Shown here one piece after another: positions 12,379 through 25,392 of a stretch of DNA of 64,000 bases; within the stretch, counting starts at the first letter, position 1; each line of letters starts with the position of its first letter. The notes under the pieces are model-generated. The model had not been told where the DNA came from, did no database searches, and saw only the letters and a program-made list of their open reading frames with translations. The DNA comes from Lama guanicoe (lineage: Eukaryota). The translations under genes and the position numbers were made by a program. The stretch is from assembly GCA_013239625.1 (NCBI GenBank), contig MU053994.1, positions 3,825,434 to 3,889,433 of the forward strand, in the 5' to 3' direction.

Positions 12379-13869
12379 GTCTTCCGTTTACTCCCCTCTG
12401 GCCTTTTGCCTGATTGCCATCCACCAAAACTGCTTTTGATAAGGTCACAATGTCCTCCATATTGCTAAACACAATGACCACTTTTCAGTCCTATCTTAAT
12501 TGATCTCTTAGTAGCATTCAGTACAGTCTGTCCTTCCTTCTTGAAATATTCTATTCCTTTGGCTTCTATGACACCAGATTCTCCTTGGTCACTCCTTCCT
12601 GGTGATTTCCTGGCTCCTCGTTTTCTTTTTGGAGTTCCTCAATACTCAGGCTTTAAAGTTTCAGCCATACTGGCTTTCTCTCAATTCTTTGAAAGAACCA
12701 CATTCCTATTATCTCATGGCCTTTACACTTGCATGTGCCTTAGAGGAGCAAATAGGAGAATGGACGTGTTAAGTCAGATGGAAGGAAGGGGCAAAGTATT
12801 CCAGATAAACTACTACTTATGCTTTAGATTTCAACTTAACTGCCACTTCTTCAGGGAGCACATCCCTTGCCTCTTCAGACTGGGTTGTGTCCCCCTAATT
12901 ATTATCTCTTATAGTACCCTGTATGTTTCCTTCATAGTATTTACCATTTATGATTGTAATTATAATTATTTGTGCAGTTATTAAGTATCTGTCTCCCTTG
13001 TTAGTATGTAAGCTTCCTAAGGGTTGTTTCTATTTTGCCTACCATTATATTCAGTGCCTCTCACAGTGCTTGGTTCATAAGTGGTGATCAGTAAATTTTT
13101 GTTGAGTAAATACATGACTGGTAATTCTCATCTTTGCTATTAGACTTTTATGAAATAGGACACATTTTTCAATTCAATTCATGTGGGGCAAGAGTATGGC
13201 CACATGGTCAGAAATTTCAGTTTAATCCTGGAAATCATACATCTTCAAATTTCAGGGACTGCATATCTTTTTAGAGGGGCATAGTTTATGTTCAGCTTAA
13301 ATAGTTCCTCTGGAAACTGAGCCACTCTTATAGGACAGATGTTTAATAATTCAGATACATTGTGAGGCTTGCCTTTCAAAGACAGCTGTAGACATTTAAA
13401 GTATAATTTAATGCATAAAAGTATATGAATCTCTTCTGAAATTGCAATTTTATTTCTGCCTAATAGGTCTATGACTTTTTAAGTATGTTAAACCACACTG
13501 AACTCAATGGAATCTATAGAAAATACATGCAGTCTTAATGTCAGTTTGCTCAATCACTTTGTGAAAACTTGTACTTCCTTGGCTAAACAGCCAAGGCAGC
13601 CTCCCCCAATCCCTGTAGAACTTTTCAATAGGAAAAAAATCTGTGGAATGAATTTGGATGTCTAGATTATATTTGTTTGTTAAGGAGATTTGCTGAGTGG
13701 CATATTTTTACTTCTCTGTCAAATAGCTTTTCAGTAAGGATACTGACATGACTAATGATTTTTGATAAGTTCATCTCTTTTACAGTGAACCTTATTTGCA
13801 AATTTAATAGTATAAATTCTTCTCACAAATGTTGAAAGCAGTGCACAACTACTTTCTATTTTCACTCAA

Positions 13870-15662
13870 AAGGAAAAAGAAAAAAATTCTAACCACATGA
13901 CTATCTCAACAGATGCAGAAAAAGCATTTGACAAAATCCATCGATTTATGATAGAAATTCTCAACAAGTTGGAAGTAGAAGGAAACTTCCTCTGCCAGAT
14001 AAAGAGGCTGTACAAATACCCTACAGCTAATATCATACTTAATGGTGCAAGACTAAATGCTTTCCCCTAAAGATTGGGAACAAGGCAAATCTTTCTTCTT
14101 CTCTTACCACTCCTATTCAACATGTACTTGGAGTCTTAGTGTAATAAGGCAAGAAAAAGAGATAAAAGGCATCCAGGTTGAAAGGCAGAAGTAAAACTAT
14201 TCTTATTAGCAGACAGCAAAATTTGGTATGTAAAGAATGCTAAAATATCTACAAAAGCTACTGCTAGAATTAACAAACAACTTAAACAAGGTCATAGGAT
14301 ATGCCATCAATATACAAAAATTAATTGTATTTCTATTTACTAGCAATAAACAATTCAAAAAATAAAATAAACAATTCCATTCACAATAGCATAAAAAGGA
14401 AGAAAATACTTAGAAATAAACTTAACGAAAGAGCAAGAATTCTACACTAAAAACTGTAAAACAAATGAAATGAAGATCTTAAATGAAGAGACACTGCATG
14501 TTTGTGGATTGGAAGACTCAGTATCATTAAGATGGCAATTCTCCCCAGACTGACTTATAAATTCAATGTGGTCCCTATCAAAATGCCAGCTTGCTGAGGG
14601 TTTTTTTTTTTGGTATTTTTTTTTCAGAAATTGACCAGCCAATCATAAAATCTATACAGAAATGCAAGGGACTCAGAATCGCCAAAACAGTCTTGATAAA
14701 AGAGAACAAAGTTGGAGAACTTATACTTTGTGATTTCAAAACTTAGTGCAAAGCTAGAGTAGTCAAGACAATGTGGTACTGGCATAAGGACAGACATTTG
14801 GATCAAAGAAATTGTATAAGGACAACTGGATAGCCACGTGCAAAAGAATGACTTAGACCCTTACCTCACATCATACACAAAAATCAACTCAAAATGAATT
14901 GTAGACCTAAATGTAAGAGCTAAAACTACACAACTCTTAAAAACAATAGGAGTTAATCTTTATGACCTTAGATTAGATTTCCTTAAAGTAAAAATGCTTA
15001 TGCTTTGTTAAGAAAATGGGGAAAAAACAAGCAATAGACTGGGAAAATATTTTCAAATCCAATGTCTAATAAAGGGATTTTATCTAGAATATGTAAAGTG
15101 CTCTTTTAACTCAACAATACAAAAAAAAACTCAACCAATTTTGAAATGAGCAATGGATGTGAATAGATATTTCTCCAAAGAAGTTATACAAATAGTCCAT
15201 GAGCACATGAAAAACTGCTCAACGTGATTAGCCATTGGGGAAATAACCCCAATGTCCATCAACTGGTAAATGGATAAACAAAATGTGGTCTAGCCATATA
15301 ATACAATACTCTGGACCAATAACAAGGAATGAAGTACTAATATATGCTCCATTATGACTCACCTTCAAAAACATTATGCTAAGTGAAAGAAACCAGAAGT
15401 AAAAGACCACATATTGTATGATTCCATTTATACGAAATGTCCAGACAGAAAGCAGATTAGAGGTTGCCAGTGGGGTGGGCTGGGAATTGCAAGTGCTTGC
15501 TAATTGGTATAATTGGGATAATTAAATGTTCTGGAATTAAATAGTGGTGATGGCTGCACAGCTCTGTAAATTTACTAAAAACTATTGAATTGTATATTAA
15601 AATAAGTGAATTTTATGTGTCTTAAGTTATACTTCCATAAAGTCATTTAAAAAATAAAAATA
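13870..15662 (+). mobile_element. Ancient L1MB-type LINE-1, degraded ORF2 RT to 3' UTR
   Basis: aaccacatgactatctcaacagatgcagaaaaagcatttgacaaaatcc (RT motif DAEKAFDKI). L1MB-like 3' UTR gtggtgatggctgcacagctctgtaaatttactaaaaactattgaattg. Confidence 0.88.
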
Positions 15663-15863
15663 ACATTCTAACAATTCCTTTATTACCAGTGCCATTTCTG
15701 TGGCAAGGGAACTCAGTTTTTCCATATTAGAGCAAACTTTAAAAAATTGTTTACTTGTGGAATGTTAGTCTGTTGTTTATGTGAACATTTCTTTCTTTGT
15801 TGGTTACTTTTTTCCGCTAAAAACTCAGGAGGAATCTTTCCCAGGGTCAACTGGATTGCATCT

Positions 15864-16062
15864 GGTATATAATGGTTAAACCCTTAGGCTCTGGGGTTTG
15901 AGGATCCTGCCTCCATCACTTAGCTGTGTTAATTTGGACCTCAATCACTTAAATACTCAAATTCTCCCTCATCTTTCAAGTGGAGATAACAATAGAAATG
16001 ACTTCGTTTATTAAGGATTAAATAGGCTTTTACAGAGCCTGGTACATTGTAAATGCTCCATC
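15864..16062 (+). mobile_element. MIR SINE
   Basis: aatggttaaacccttaggctctgg...atcctgcctccatcacttagctgtg...ctcatctttcaagtggagataacaatag core. Confidence 0.75.
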
Positions 16063-16785
16063 AGAATAAATACAATCTACTCTATGGGCTGAATGGTAGA
16101 CACCCTGATGTAAACCAATAAGCCACTCAGCCAATTATAAGACTTTCTCGAGTTTGTCTAAGGCTGAGCCAGAACTAAGATCTTCTGGCCCTTTGTTCTG
16201 TTTTCTTTCAGATTCCAGCACGTAGAGTGGATGCCCTATTTCTTCCTGCCCCCTTCACCCTTCTGCAGCCTTAACCTGGTCTTTATTTTGAGTTTCCTAG
16301 ACTGGATGTATAAAAGTCTCAGAACCAGCTGTTGCAGGCTGGGTGCCCTCATACTCACTGTTCTGTGCATAGGAATGGTTCCAAACCCTCAGAGCCTTTG
16401 GGTGAAGCTAAAATGGCTTTGAAAATGGTCTTCGACCTATGGCATATATGCAACTTTTGTGGGGTTTTTTTTTTTTTGGCAATATATGTCAAATTTTACT
16501 TTCTAGCTAGCCATGATGAGATTTTTCAGAGCTTCAAAACCAGACAGAAACTGTGTCTAAGGAGGAATTTATAGCCTGGATATAAAATGAAGTGGATATC
16601 AAAGGGGGCCAAGTGTCCTCTAAAAATAACAAAATCAGAGAACAGGGAGGAATGGTCTTAGAAGCAATACCTCTGAGAGAAATTCATAACAGAATCCAGC
16701 TCATAGTTAAATTAGCAGTTCATAGAGTAAAAGATCCTGTTCCAGCGACATGAACTCACCACACTTTATAAATGAACGCAAACCT

Positions 16786-16837
16786 ATTTGACACAACATT
16801 GTAAGATGATTATAAATCAATAAAAAATGTTTAAAAA
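16786..16837 (+). mobile_element. Ultra-short young L1 3' terminus
   Basis: Near-identical to the reverse complement of 55922-55972. Flanked by aaatgaac at 16770-16777 and 16838-16845. Confidence 0.85.
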
Positions 16838-17506
16838 AAATGAACACGGATCAGATTCCAAGTCAAAAACACACATTGACATTGTGAAGGAGAATTTCTG
16901 CTACTGGCTCCCTGTTGGAAAAAAGTCGTTTCAAAAAAGCCCCCCACCGTCATGTTAACTTGCCTGCTCCATTCGTATCATGTCTTCATTCTGTTTCCTG
17001 CACATTTCCCGCCTCTCCCCCTTCTTTTGCTTTAGTGACTTGTACCTGACTCTGCCGCATGACAAGGTGAGGAGTGAAGGGAGATATGTCAGTGAACGTG
17101 GCATAGCCTGCAGACTGATTTTTCTCAGTCCAGATCTTTCCGTGCTCATATTAAGAAACAAAAACAAACAACATTCTTTCCCATGCTTTTGATCCAGCTT
17201 TGAAGTATCATTTGTCTTTTTCAACCTCAGGTGCAGAGAATTGAATGTATCACTCTTCCCAATTCAGGGCATACATTCTGGTTATTCGTCATTTGCTTCC
17301 CCAAACTCTTCTCCCAGCCCGCATCCTCACTAGTATCAGATATCTATACTTCTCTACTGGCCTTGGGAAGCCAACCACTGTGGCTCATCGATAACAACCA
17401 AGCTCATCAATAACAAGCACCTTCCTAGCATTTCCTTTTGGTCCAGTCTCCCTAAATTTCTGTGCCTTTTATTGGCTTGCCTCAGACATTTCTCTCTGAT
17501 CCCAGG

Positions 17507-17535
17507 AAGCAAAGCAAAGCAAAGCAAAGCAAAGC
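17507..17535. repeat. (AAAGC)n microsatellite
   Basis: Five perfect AAAGC units at 17511-17535 plus a partial unit. Confidence 0.95.
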
Positions 17536-17927
17536 ACAGTGTGTCTCAGCCAGTTCTTAAATCTTGGTGCTAACCAAGACCTTATTTACTCTCCTGATAC
17601 CTAAATATTCATCTCCTTTGTGTAAATTACCACCTCCTGAATTTGGAACTATGTGTAGATTTAACTCATGCAAATGATTTCTTTTTTGACCCATTTTAAT
17701 TTTTCTTTCCAAGTAATTATGTATTTTCTTCTTAGGGGAAATAACTTTTTTGCTTTTATTCCTGATTATAAAAGCAATTCATGATTATTATACAAAAGCA
17801 TTATTATGGTACAGAAAAGTATTATACTATAGAAAAGAGTGAATCTATAAACATTACTTATTATTCTATCATCTGATTTTAACATTTTTGGAGTATATTA
17901 TTTCAGCCTTTCTTTCTCATTAATAAT

Positions 17928-18045
17928 ATTCATTCAATAAATATTTATCATGCAATCTACTGAGCTAGGTGCTAGGATACAATGGAGAGCAAAAATAGAC
18001 ACAATTGCTGCCCTCTGGGCCTTGTAATCTAGTGAGGGAGAATTA
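17928..18045 (-). mobile_element. L2 3' end fragment
   Basis: attcattcaataaatatttatcatgc...ctaggtgctaggatacaatggagagcaaaaatagacaca. Confidence 0.7.
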
Positions 18046-18104
18046 TATTTAATTATGTGACTATTTAACTAATGTCTGCAACAGTTAGGATGCTTTTGCT
18101 GATG

Positions 18105-18585
18105 CATCAGCCAGCTATTGCCACAGTGATGCTCCATAATAGATCATCCCAAAACTCAGTGGCATAAAATAGGCACTTATTCTTATGATCGCAGTTCTGC
18201 TCGCCAGCTAGGGCAGCTATGTTTTAGATTGTGTGTCCATGAACTGGCAGAGGTGGCTCTACTTTTAGGGTGTGGATTAAGCTTAGATCTACTTTCTTTA
18301 TATTGATTCTGGTAACAGGCTGAAAAGGGGAAGCAGTGACCTGATGCTTTTCTCATGGTGGATCACTGGAAAGAAGAAGACAGCCAACCAAACCATGAAA
18401 GCACATGTTGAGCCTTTGCTTTCATCATGTCTGTTAACGTTCCATTGGCCGAAACAAGTCACACGAACAAGCCCAAAATCAAGGGGCAGGGAAGATCACT
18501 TTTCCCACCATGAGGACATGGCAAGCGTGTGGATGTCTATTATAGAGGAATGAAGAATTTGGATCAGTAATTCAATCTACCACAT
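18105..18585 (-). mobile_element. MLT1 (MaLR) LTR
   Basis: cccaaaactcagtggcataaaataggcacttatt...ccattggccgaaacaagtcacacg...aattcaatctaccaca. Confidence 0.75.
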
Positions 18586-18619
18586 AACACACAACCAAAA
18601 GTGTTAACTTATGTTTTCT

Positions 18620-19130
18620 TCTTATGGTCACAAAATGCCTGAAACATTCTTAAGCATCTTATTCTCTTATGCTTTCATCCAGAGATGGAAGAGATGAGTC
18701 CTATCTTGTTCTTTCCCAGAAGACCCACTCCCCATCTCCATGTCCTTTTACTTCTCATTAGCAAGGGTCACTTCACATGCCCATTTCTTTTTTTTTAATT
18801 TATTTTTAAATTTAAATTTTTTTTTATTTTTTGGGGGGGAGGTAATTATTTTTGCCTATTTAGTTTTGGAGGGGGTACTGGATATTGAACCCAGGACCTT
18901 GTGTATCTAAGCATGCATTCTACCACTTTAGCTACACCCTCCCCTGCCACGTGCCCATTTCTAATCCAGTCACTGATAGGGAGACTAGAATTGACATGAC
19001 TGATCTATACTAGAAAATATTTATACCCTGGGGCTAGGAAATGGTTCCTGAAACACAAGTGCCCAATATCTGAACAAAAAGGGAGTATGTTAACACGAAT
19101 GATGAGGTGAACTTACAGTTAGCAAGACAA
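18620..19130 (-). mobile_element. Old MLT1 (K/L-like) LTR fragment hosting a Vic-1 SINE
   Basis: tctcattagcaagggtcacttcacatgcccatttct[SINE]aatccagtcactgatagggagactagaattgacatgactg. Confidence 0.55.
18789..18947 (-). mobile_element. Vic-1-type camelid tRNA-Ala-derived SINE
   Basis: Minus strand reads ggggagggtgtagctaaagtggtagaatgcatgcttagatacacaaggtcctgggttcaatatccagtacc, with A and B boxes and an A-rich tail. TSD cacRtgcccatttct at 18774-18788 and 18948-18962. Confidence 0.88.
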
Positions 19131-19179
19131 CCAACAGTCGTACTACAGTCTGTTTCAGTGTCTTACTACAATTGTCACA

Positions 19180-20590
19180 AAGGTTCTAAACTACGAGAGG
19201 TTGCAACAAGCGAGCTTTAGTTTGGAGAGGGAAGTCAGGAAAATGAGTATTAAGTGAAAATTTGAAAGATGTGTAGGAGTTACCTGCTCAGAGAGGGCAG
19301 GTAAGAACATTTAAGTTAGAAGGAAGGACATGCATAAAATTTTGTAGTAGAGTGAGCTTGGAGGGTGCATATGAGTCTTAAGAAATGTAGACGTGTGGTA
19401 GTAAGCCTGATGGGAAACAAGGCTGTAGAGGATAAGAACCATACCATTCAGGGCCTTGCAGACCAAGTTAAAGCTTTTATTCTTCATCCCAAGAGCAATG
19501 GAAAGAGTTTTTAGCAAGGTAGTGATATGATCAGAATTGAGTTTACAGGAAGGTCATACTAGCTGCAGTGTGGAGACAAACTAAGGAGATTTAAGAATGA
19601 ATGGAAAGGAGATCAGTTGGGAATTTACTACATAGTTCAGCTGAGAGTAGACAACAATTTAGCTAGAATGGTAGTGGTAGAAATAAAAGATGTGACTAAA
19701 TTTGAGAAATATTTAAGAGGTAAAAATATAATTAAATGATGAATTGGGGGTGGTGAGAAATGAAAGTATCAAGGACTATTCTTAGATTTCAGGATTTTAT
19801 AGCTGGATCATTGTTGGTACCATTCATGGAGACTGGGAATATAAGAAAAGGTCCAGATTTGAGCAGGAAGACGACAAGTACAGGTGTTGAGCTTGAGATG
19901 CTTTTGAGCTGCTTAAAAATAACTGTTGGATTTATGGGTCTAAGATATTATGAGTTATCTGCACATAAATAGTAACTGATGCCAAAGACATTAATAAGAG
20001 AATATGAAGTGGGAGGAGTATAGGGTCTAGGAATAAGCCCTGAGGAATACCAACATTTAGTGGGCTAGTAGGGGAGGATGAGCTTATGAGATAGCAAAAG
20101 AAGTTGAGAAAGACCAGAGAGGTAAAAACAAAAACGGAAACAGAAAAACCCCAAAGGTAGAAGGAAGACCAGAAGCCAAGGGAACAGAGTATTTCAATAA
20201 AGAGAAGCCAAGGGAACAGAGTATTTCAATAAAGAGGGAGTGTTGAAGAGACTGAAAAAGTTAAATTGTATTTGGTAACATTAAGATCATAGCTCATAAG
20301 TAAATTAGCAAGTACTGTTTTGGTGAAGTGATGAATGTTGATGGATTGGAGTGGGTTGAGGAGTAGGAGTTGAGAAAATGGAGATGTTGGGTAGAAGACA
20401 CATTTTTAAAGAGTTTGGCTTTGAAGTAGATAGAGGATGAAGTGGGAAATGCAACTAAGGAAGAATTGGTATGATGAAGAGAACTTGAAGCTGGTGAGAA
20501 GTATCCAGTTGAGAGGAAGAGGTTTTTATATATGAAAAAGATGGCATAGGAAAGACTAAGACTCTTTAGAAAACAGGAAGTAATAGGATC
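19180..20590 (-). mobile_element. Long degraded L2 LINE
   Basis: Purine-rich L2 antisense motifs: cagggccttgcagaccaagttaaagcttttattc, gatatgatcagaattgagttt, taagccctgaggaataccaacatttag. Confidence 0.8.
20171..20234. repeat. Perfect 32-bp tandem duplication
   Basis: agaagccaagggaacagagtatttcaataaag at 20171-20202 and 20203-20234. Confidence 0.95.
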
Positions 20591-20664
20591 TATGTATGTA
20601 TCTTTTTGTATTTATGTAGTTAAAACCTGTATGTTTACATATCTTTATTTTATATAAACTATTG

Positions 20665-21255
20665 AAACCGGACATATTTGGTTGCAAGAAATAAAATACC
20701 CCATCAACAGACTATTAAACAATAAAGACATTTAATTAATCTACGTAATACAAAACTTGGAAGTTGGCACTCCGGGGTTGTTTCGATGGCTCACTTACAT
20801 CACCAAACACCTGAGCTGAGTTCCTTCTATCTTTTCCATTCTGCCTCTTCAGTGTGTCCATGACATCTCTCCTCCTGGTCTCCAGATGGCTGCCACAGCT
20901 CTAAGTATCTCATCCTCATAAACAGCATTGCAAGCAGAAAAGCAAATGGGGGAGGTGTGAGTAACTAAAGTGCTTTCTGTATTTGTCATTCTCTTTATTA
21001 GGGAGAAATCATAACCCGTAGCAATCAACAAACTTCCTCTGTGTCTCATTGGCCAGAACTGGGGTCACATGACTACCCCTAGACCAATTACTAGCAAAGG
21101 GAAGTGACATTTCCATGGTTGGCATAGACCCATAACTTTTCATTCCTGGCACTGGGCACATTGCCACCCAAAAACATCAGAGAGAAAAAGAATGTGGAAT
21201 AAGTTTGAACTGACAGCTCCAAGAGTGGCAACCATTAAGAGTGTTTGCCTCAGTA
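20665..21255 (-). mobile_element. MLT1K/L-like MaLR LTR
   Basis: ggtctccagatggctgccacagctctaag...gtctcattggccagaactggggtcacatgactacccctagaccaattactagcaaag. Confidence 0.78.
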
Positions 21256-21559
21256 GCTAGTTTGATTGGTTTGTGTCTATGTATGTGTAATCATAAAATT
21301 AGTTCATAATATAAAAAATTTGTATAATATTGAAAGATATAATAAAATTAAAATAATATGTAATTCCATTAAGCACCCAATAAGCAACCTTTATTAACAT
21401 TTTGACTTACAGCCTTTCAGAATTTTTCTATGCTTAAAGAATCTTTTATTCCTCTCTCAAAATTGAGAGGGAATCATACTGTGTGTGGTATGACATAATT
21501 TTCTTTTTTTTCACATGAACCATATTTTTTTAAATGACATACTAAAACTGTAAACCAGA

Positions 21560-21965
21560 TCTTGATAAATTGTGTGTTTCTGTTACGTTTATGGTTGTTC
21601 TAGCAGTATTTGAGCATGCTCATTTCTTCATATCCTTAACAACACTTGGTGTTGGAATTTTTGTTAATCTTACGAGATAAAAGTGATAAATCAGTATCAT
21701 TTAAACTTTTTATTTTAGATGAAAGAGCTTTCCATGAATATATTTGCCATTTGAACATTTTTTTCATTTCTTTTGCTTATTTTTAATTGATTTGTCTGAA
21801 TACCTTTATATGTTAAGGACATTGATTCTTTGACATATATGTTTCAGGTATTTTTGGTTTCAGTTTGTGGTTTCTCTTTTCATTTTGTTAATGATTTTGA
21901 GGAGTAGGCAGAAATATTTAATATTTAAATAAATTAATCCCATCTTTCTCTTATAGCTTCTGAAG
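21560..21965 (-). mobile_element. Degraded L1ME-type fragment
   Basis: catatccttaacaacacttgg...ctttatatgttaaggacattgattctttg, L1 ORF2 antisense remnants. Confidence 0.55.
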
Positions 21966-21966
21966 T

Positions 21967-22228
21967 AGTACAGCATAGTATTTAACATCTGGGTCTTTGG
22001 AGGCACTGGATATAGACTTGAATCCTGGCTCTTTCCATTTTGTGATTGCAAAGACCTTTGAGAAGATGACTCAACTTTTCAAGAACTTTGTTTCTCTGTC
22101 TATAAAATGGAGATAATAATAATGCCTCCTTCAAAAGACTGTTATGCAAAGTATATGCAAATCATGTACAAAAAGAGTTTAGTCCAGTGGTTGGCACATT
22201 AATGCTCACTAAATTTCAGTTACTGTTA
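21967..22228 (+). mobile_element. MIR SINE
   Basis: cttgaatcctggctctttccatt...tttctctgtctataaaatggagataataataatgcctcct...ggcacattaatgctcactaaat. Confidence 0.8.
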
Positions 22229-22264
22229 TAAGAATTAATATTATGATTATAAAGAATTTTCCAG

Positions 22265-22573
22265 GGAAAGGGGATGGGAAGGGGTAAATTGGGAGTTTGA
22301 GATTTGCCAATATTAACTACTATATATAAAATAGATAAACAACAAGTTTCTTCTGTATAACACAGGGAACTATATTCAATATCTTGTAGTAACCTATAAT
22401 GAAAAAGAATATGAAAATGAATATATGTATATGTATGGCTGAAACATTATGCTATACACCAGAAATTTATACAACATTGTAGACTGACTATATTTCAACA
22501 AAAATAAATAATAAATAAATAATTTTAATTTTATTAGAAACAAATAAAATAAAGAATAAAAATAAAATAAAAT
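22265..22573 (+). mobile_element. 5'-truncated lineage-specific L1 3' UTR with long A/T tail
   Basis: cacagggaactatattcaatatcttgtagtaacctataatgaaaaagaatatg. TSD core attttccag at 22256-22264 and 22574-22582. Confidence 0.88.
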
Positions 22574-23285
22574 ATTTTCCAGCAAAATTTTATTGAAATA
22601 TACATATATTTTCTTGTATTAAAGTGTGAGAATAAAAATATAAATCTTTATTTCAAACATAATGATAACAATGAAACAGTTTCACATAGGTTACAATTTG
22701 AATTTCAGTAATATGAATTCAAAGACTATTACTGGAGATTATGAAATCTTATAGAAATATAACCTACCAGAAATTTATCTAAGTATAGACTCTGTTTAAT
22801 GATTAAAAGTTATTGTATAAAGTTATTTATCCTTTATTCAGTCGTTCCAGCTTCCTTTATTTTCAGTGAATCAGATGAATTATTGACTATGGAAGAAATC
22901 AAATAGATATTTTTCATATTCATGTTTGGCCTGAGACTGTTAATTAAAAGATAATTTTAAAGATTTCACAAAAACATTAAGTAGAGAAACCATAGCTCCC
23001 TTTTCAGTGTTTTCCTCTCATTTTACTTACTATCCAGAAGGGATGGCCATATTCTGAAGGTAGTTGCCCACAAACCAAGTTACTGATGTTGTCATGGATT
23101 TCCTCTACATTTCATGGGTGATGAAAAGTTTTATATATATATTTTTTCGTTCTAAAGTGCTGACATGTCAGAAAGTATTGTTTTGAGGATGCTGTGTAAT
23201 GATTCCTTCCATTGGATGAAGCTGTGCTTCATGACTGCATAGACAAGGTGGGAGGGTTACAGAATGCCATGCTCCTTAGACAGGA

Positions 23286-23525
23286 AGTGTGGTGCAGAGG
23301 TTAGAACAGGGCTCCAGACTGCCTGGATTTGTATTCCAGCTGTGTGGCTGAGTAGCTCTGTGACCTTAGGCAAGCTGCCTAACCTCTCTCTGTACTTTGG
23401 TTTCTTTGTACAATTGGGAGAATAATAGTAGTTACCCCCATAAAAGCATTGTGAAGATTAAGTGACTTAATAGCTTTAAAGCACTTAGAACTGTAGTAAG
23501 CAGTCAGTAAATGCTATTATTATTA
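23286..23525 (+). mobile_element. MIR SINE
   Basis: cagactgcctggatttgtattccagc...tgtgaccttaggcaagctgcctaacctctctctg...gaagattaagtgac. Confidence 0.82.
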
Positions 23526-24939
23526 TGACTCTGTCCTCTATACAACTTCTATCTTGCCCTGTGGCATTCACATTTGAACTATAGTGTTGAATACAGCTAT
23601 AGAAATATCTAGAATTTGTTGATTGTCATTATAGAGAGGAAACCCCAGGATCTCATAAGGTTTCATGCTTCATTCTGAGTAGAGAAGGATGGAGATGGAA
23701 GGTAGGGAAAGCAGAGAGCATCTAACAGTGCATCAAGATATCAGTATCAGCACCCTTCTCTCTCTCTAATGAAGAAAGACACTGTTTTATATAGCATACT
23801 AAATAAAACCTATTCCAGGCATTCATAAGATAATGTCAAAATCCATTTCTGAGTTCCACTGGCTATTGTGTTATTCAGGTATCTGTTGACATACTGTTCT
23901 GTGTAACTGAATAATGAAGCACTCATTCAATTTGCAGATGTGCAGTACAGTGTGTTTAGGAATTAGCTTAAAGTTTCATCAGTGTTTTTTATGAAAAGGA
24001 CAGATAATAGAAAGATTGTCTTGCTGTCTTGTAGCAGAAACCTCTTAAGTGATGGCTGAATGAGGTACAAGCTCATGTGGAAATCCAGATAATCTTCTCA
24101 TTTCTTACTCCCCTTTCCATCAGAATTTCTTCCATTTCCTTTGTGCTAGCTGTGGCAGAGAGGTGTAGAAAATTATCATTAAGTGTGGAGTTAACACTTT
24201 CTGGCCTGAATTATGGGCTCTCAGAATTAAACAGCAATCCTTTAAGTAGAGAAGTCTTTACAGAACCAGCCCCAAGAACATCAAGCACTGACATGATTCT
24301 TGTATTGAAGATGCTTTTTGGCAACACAGTGAGATGGTTAGATCTGAAAGGTTATATGGAATGCTTGCTAATAACCTCAGCACTGAAATAAGAGGGAAAA
24401 ATTCAGCAGAGGTCTTGCTTTTTTAAAGGAAAATGCCAGTTTCTTGGTGATTTGAAAAATAATCCTTAGAATTAATAAAGTACAACATCTTTTGTTCAAC
24501 TTATTATACCTCAGGGAAAATTCCTTTTTAAGACTCTAGTTACATAGTACATTTAAAACAAGATTTAAAATAATAACAGCCTAGAGTTGTGTAGGTCGAC
24601 TTTGTGTCTATGGGCACACACTTCTTGAGGGAATCTAACCTTATTGGCAAAGGCAGCAATGAATGTCTTAGACATGTAATTATAGGCTGAGTGGTACTGA
24701 AGTACACCTTAATTCAAAGTCATTGCCAACTCTGACCTCTTTTACTCAGGTGTGAAGGGAAAGATGTGGGCTTTTTTCTATGTTTTGGTTATTCCTTCAA
24801 GTGGCCTTGTCAGCATGTGGTCTCTTCCTGAACAGAGAATGAATCCTACCCCAAGATGGTTGTGAGGATAAAATGGGCCAATCCAAGTGTAAGGTGATTG
24901 TTTGCTGCCACAGATATGTTAACTCCTCTTACTGACATT

Positions 24940-25392
24940 CTTCTTTTTTGTGGCAAAATATACTTAACATAAAATTTACCGCTTTAACCATTTTTATGTG
25001 TACAATTTCTTGGTATTGACTACATTCACATTGTTGTGCAAATATCACCATTACCCATCTCAAGAGCTTTTTCATCATCCTAAGCAGAAACTCTGTACTC
25101 ACTGAACAATAACTCTCCATTCTGGCAACTCCCCTGGCATCCTCTCCCCTGGGAACTACCATTTTACTTTGTCTCTATGAATTTGCCTATTCTAGGAACT
25201 TCATATAAATGGAATCATATGTTTGTCCTTTTGTATTTGGCTTCTTTAACTTGACATAATGTTGTTGAGATTCATCCATGTTGTAGCATGTATCAGAATT
25301 TCTTTCCTTTTTAAGGCTGAATACTATTCCATTGTATATATATATACTGCATTTTGTTTATCTCTTCATCTGTTGATGGATGTTTTGGTTAC
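24940..25392 (-). mobile_element. L1MB-type 3' UTR fragment
   Basis: aacataaaatttaccgctttaaccatttttatgtgtacaa...ttcatccatgttgtagcatgtatcagaatttctttcctttttaaggctgaatactattcc. Confidence 0.85.

Larger units (their letters stand above)
10290..13117 (+). mobile_element. Long fragmented L2 LINE (interrupted at 10592-10981 and ~12005-12378)
   Basis: Pyrimidine-rich L2 ORF2 remnants (e.g. actgcttttgataaggtcacaatgtcctccatattgctaaacacaatg). L2 3' end ...cacagtgcttggttcataagtggtgatcagtaaatttttgttgagtaaat. Confidence 0.75.

Noticed and set aside
22503..22573. Possible short 3' transduction in the L1 tail (ttttaattttattagaaac)
   Set aside because: It is too short and low-complexity to distinguish from poly-A decay.
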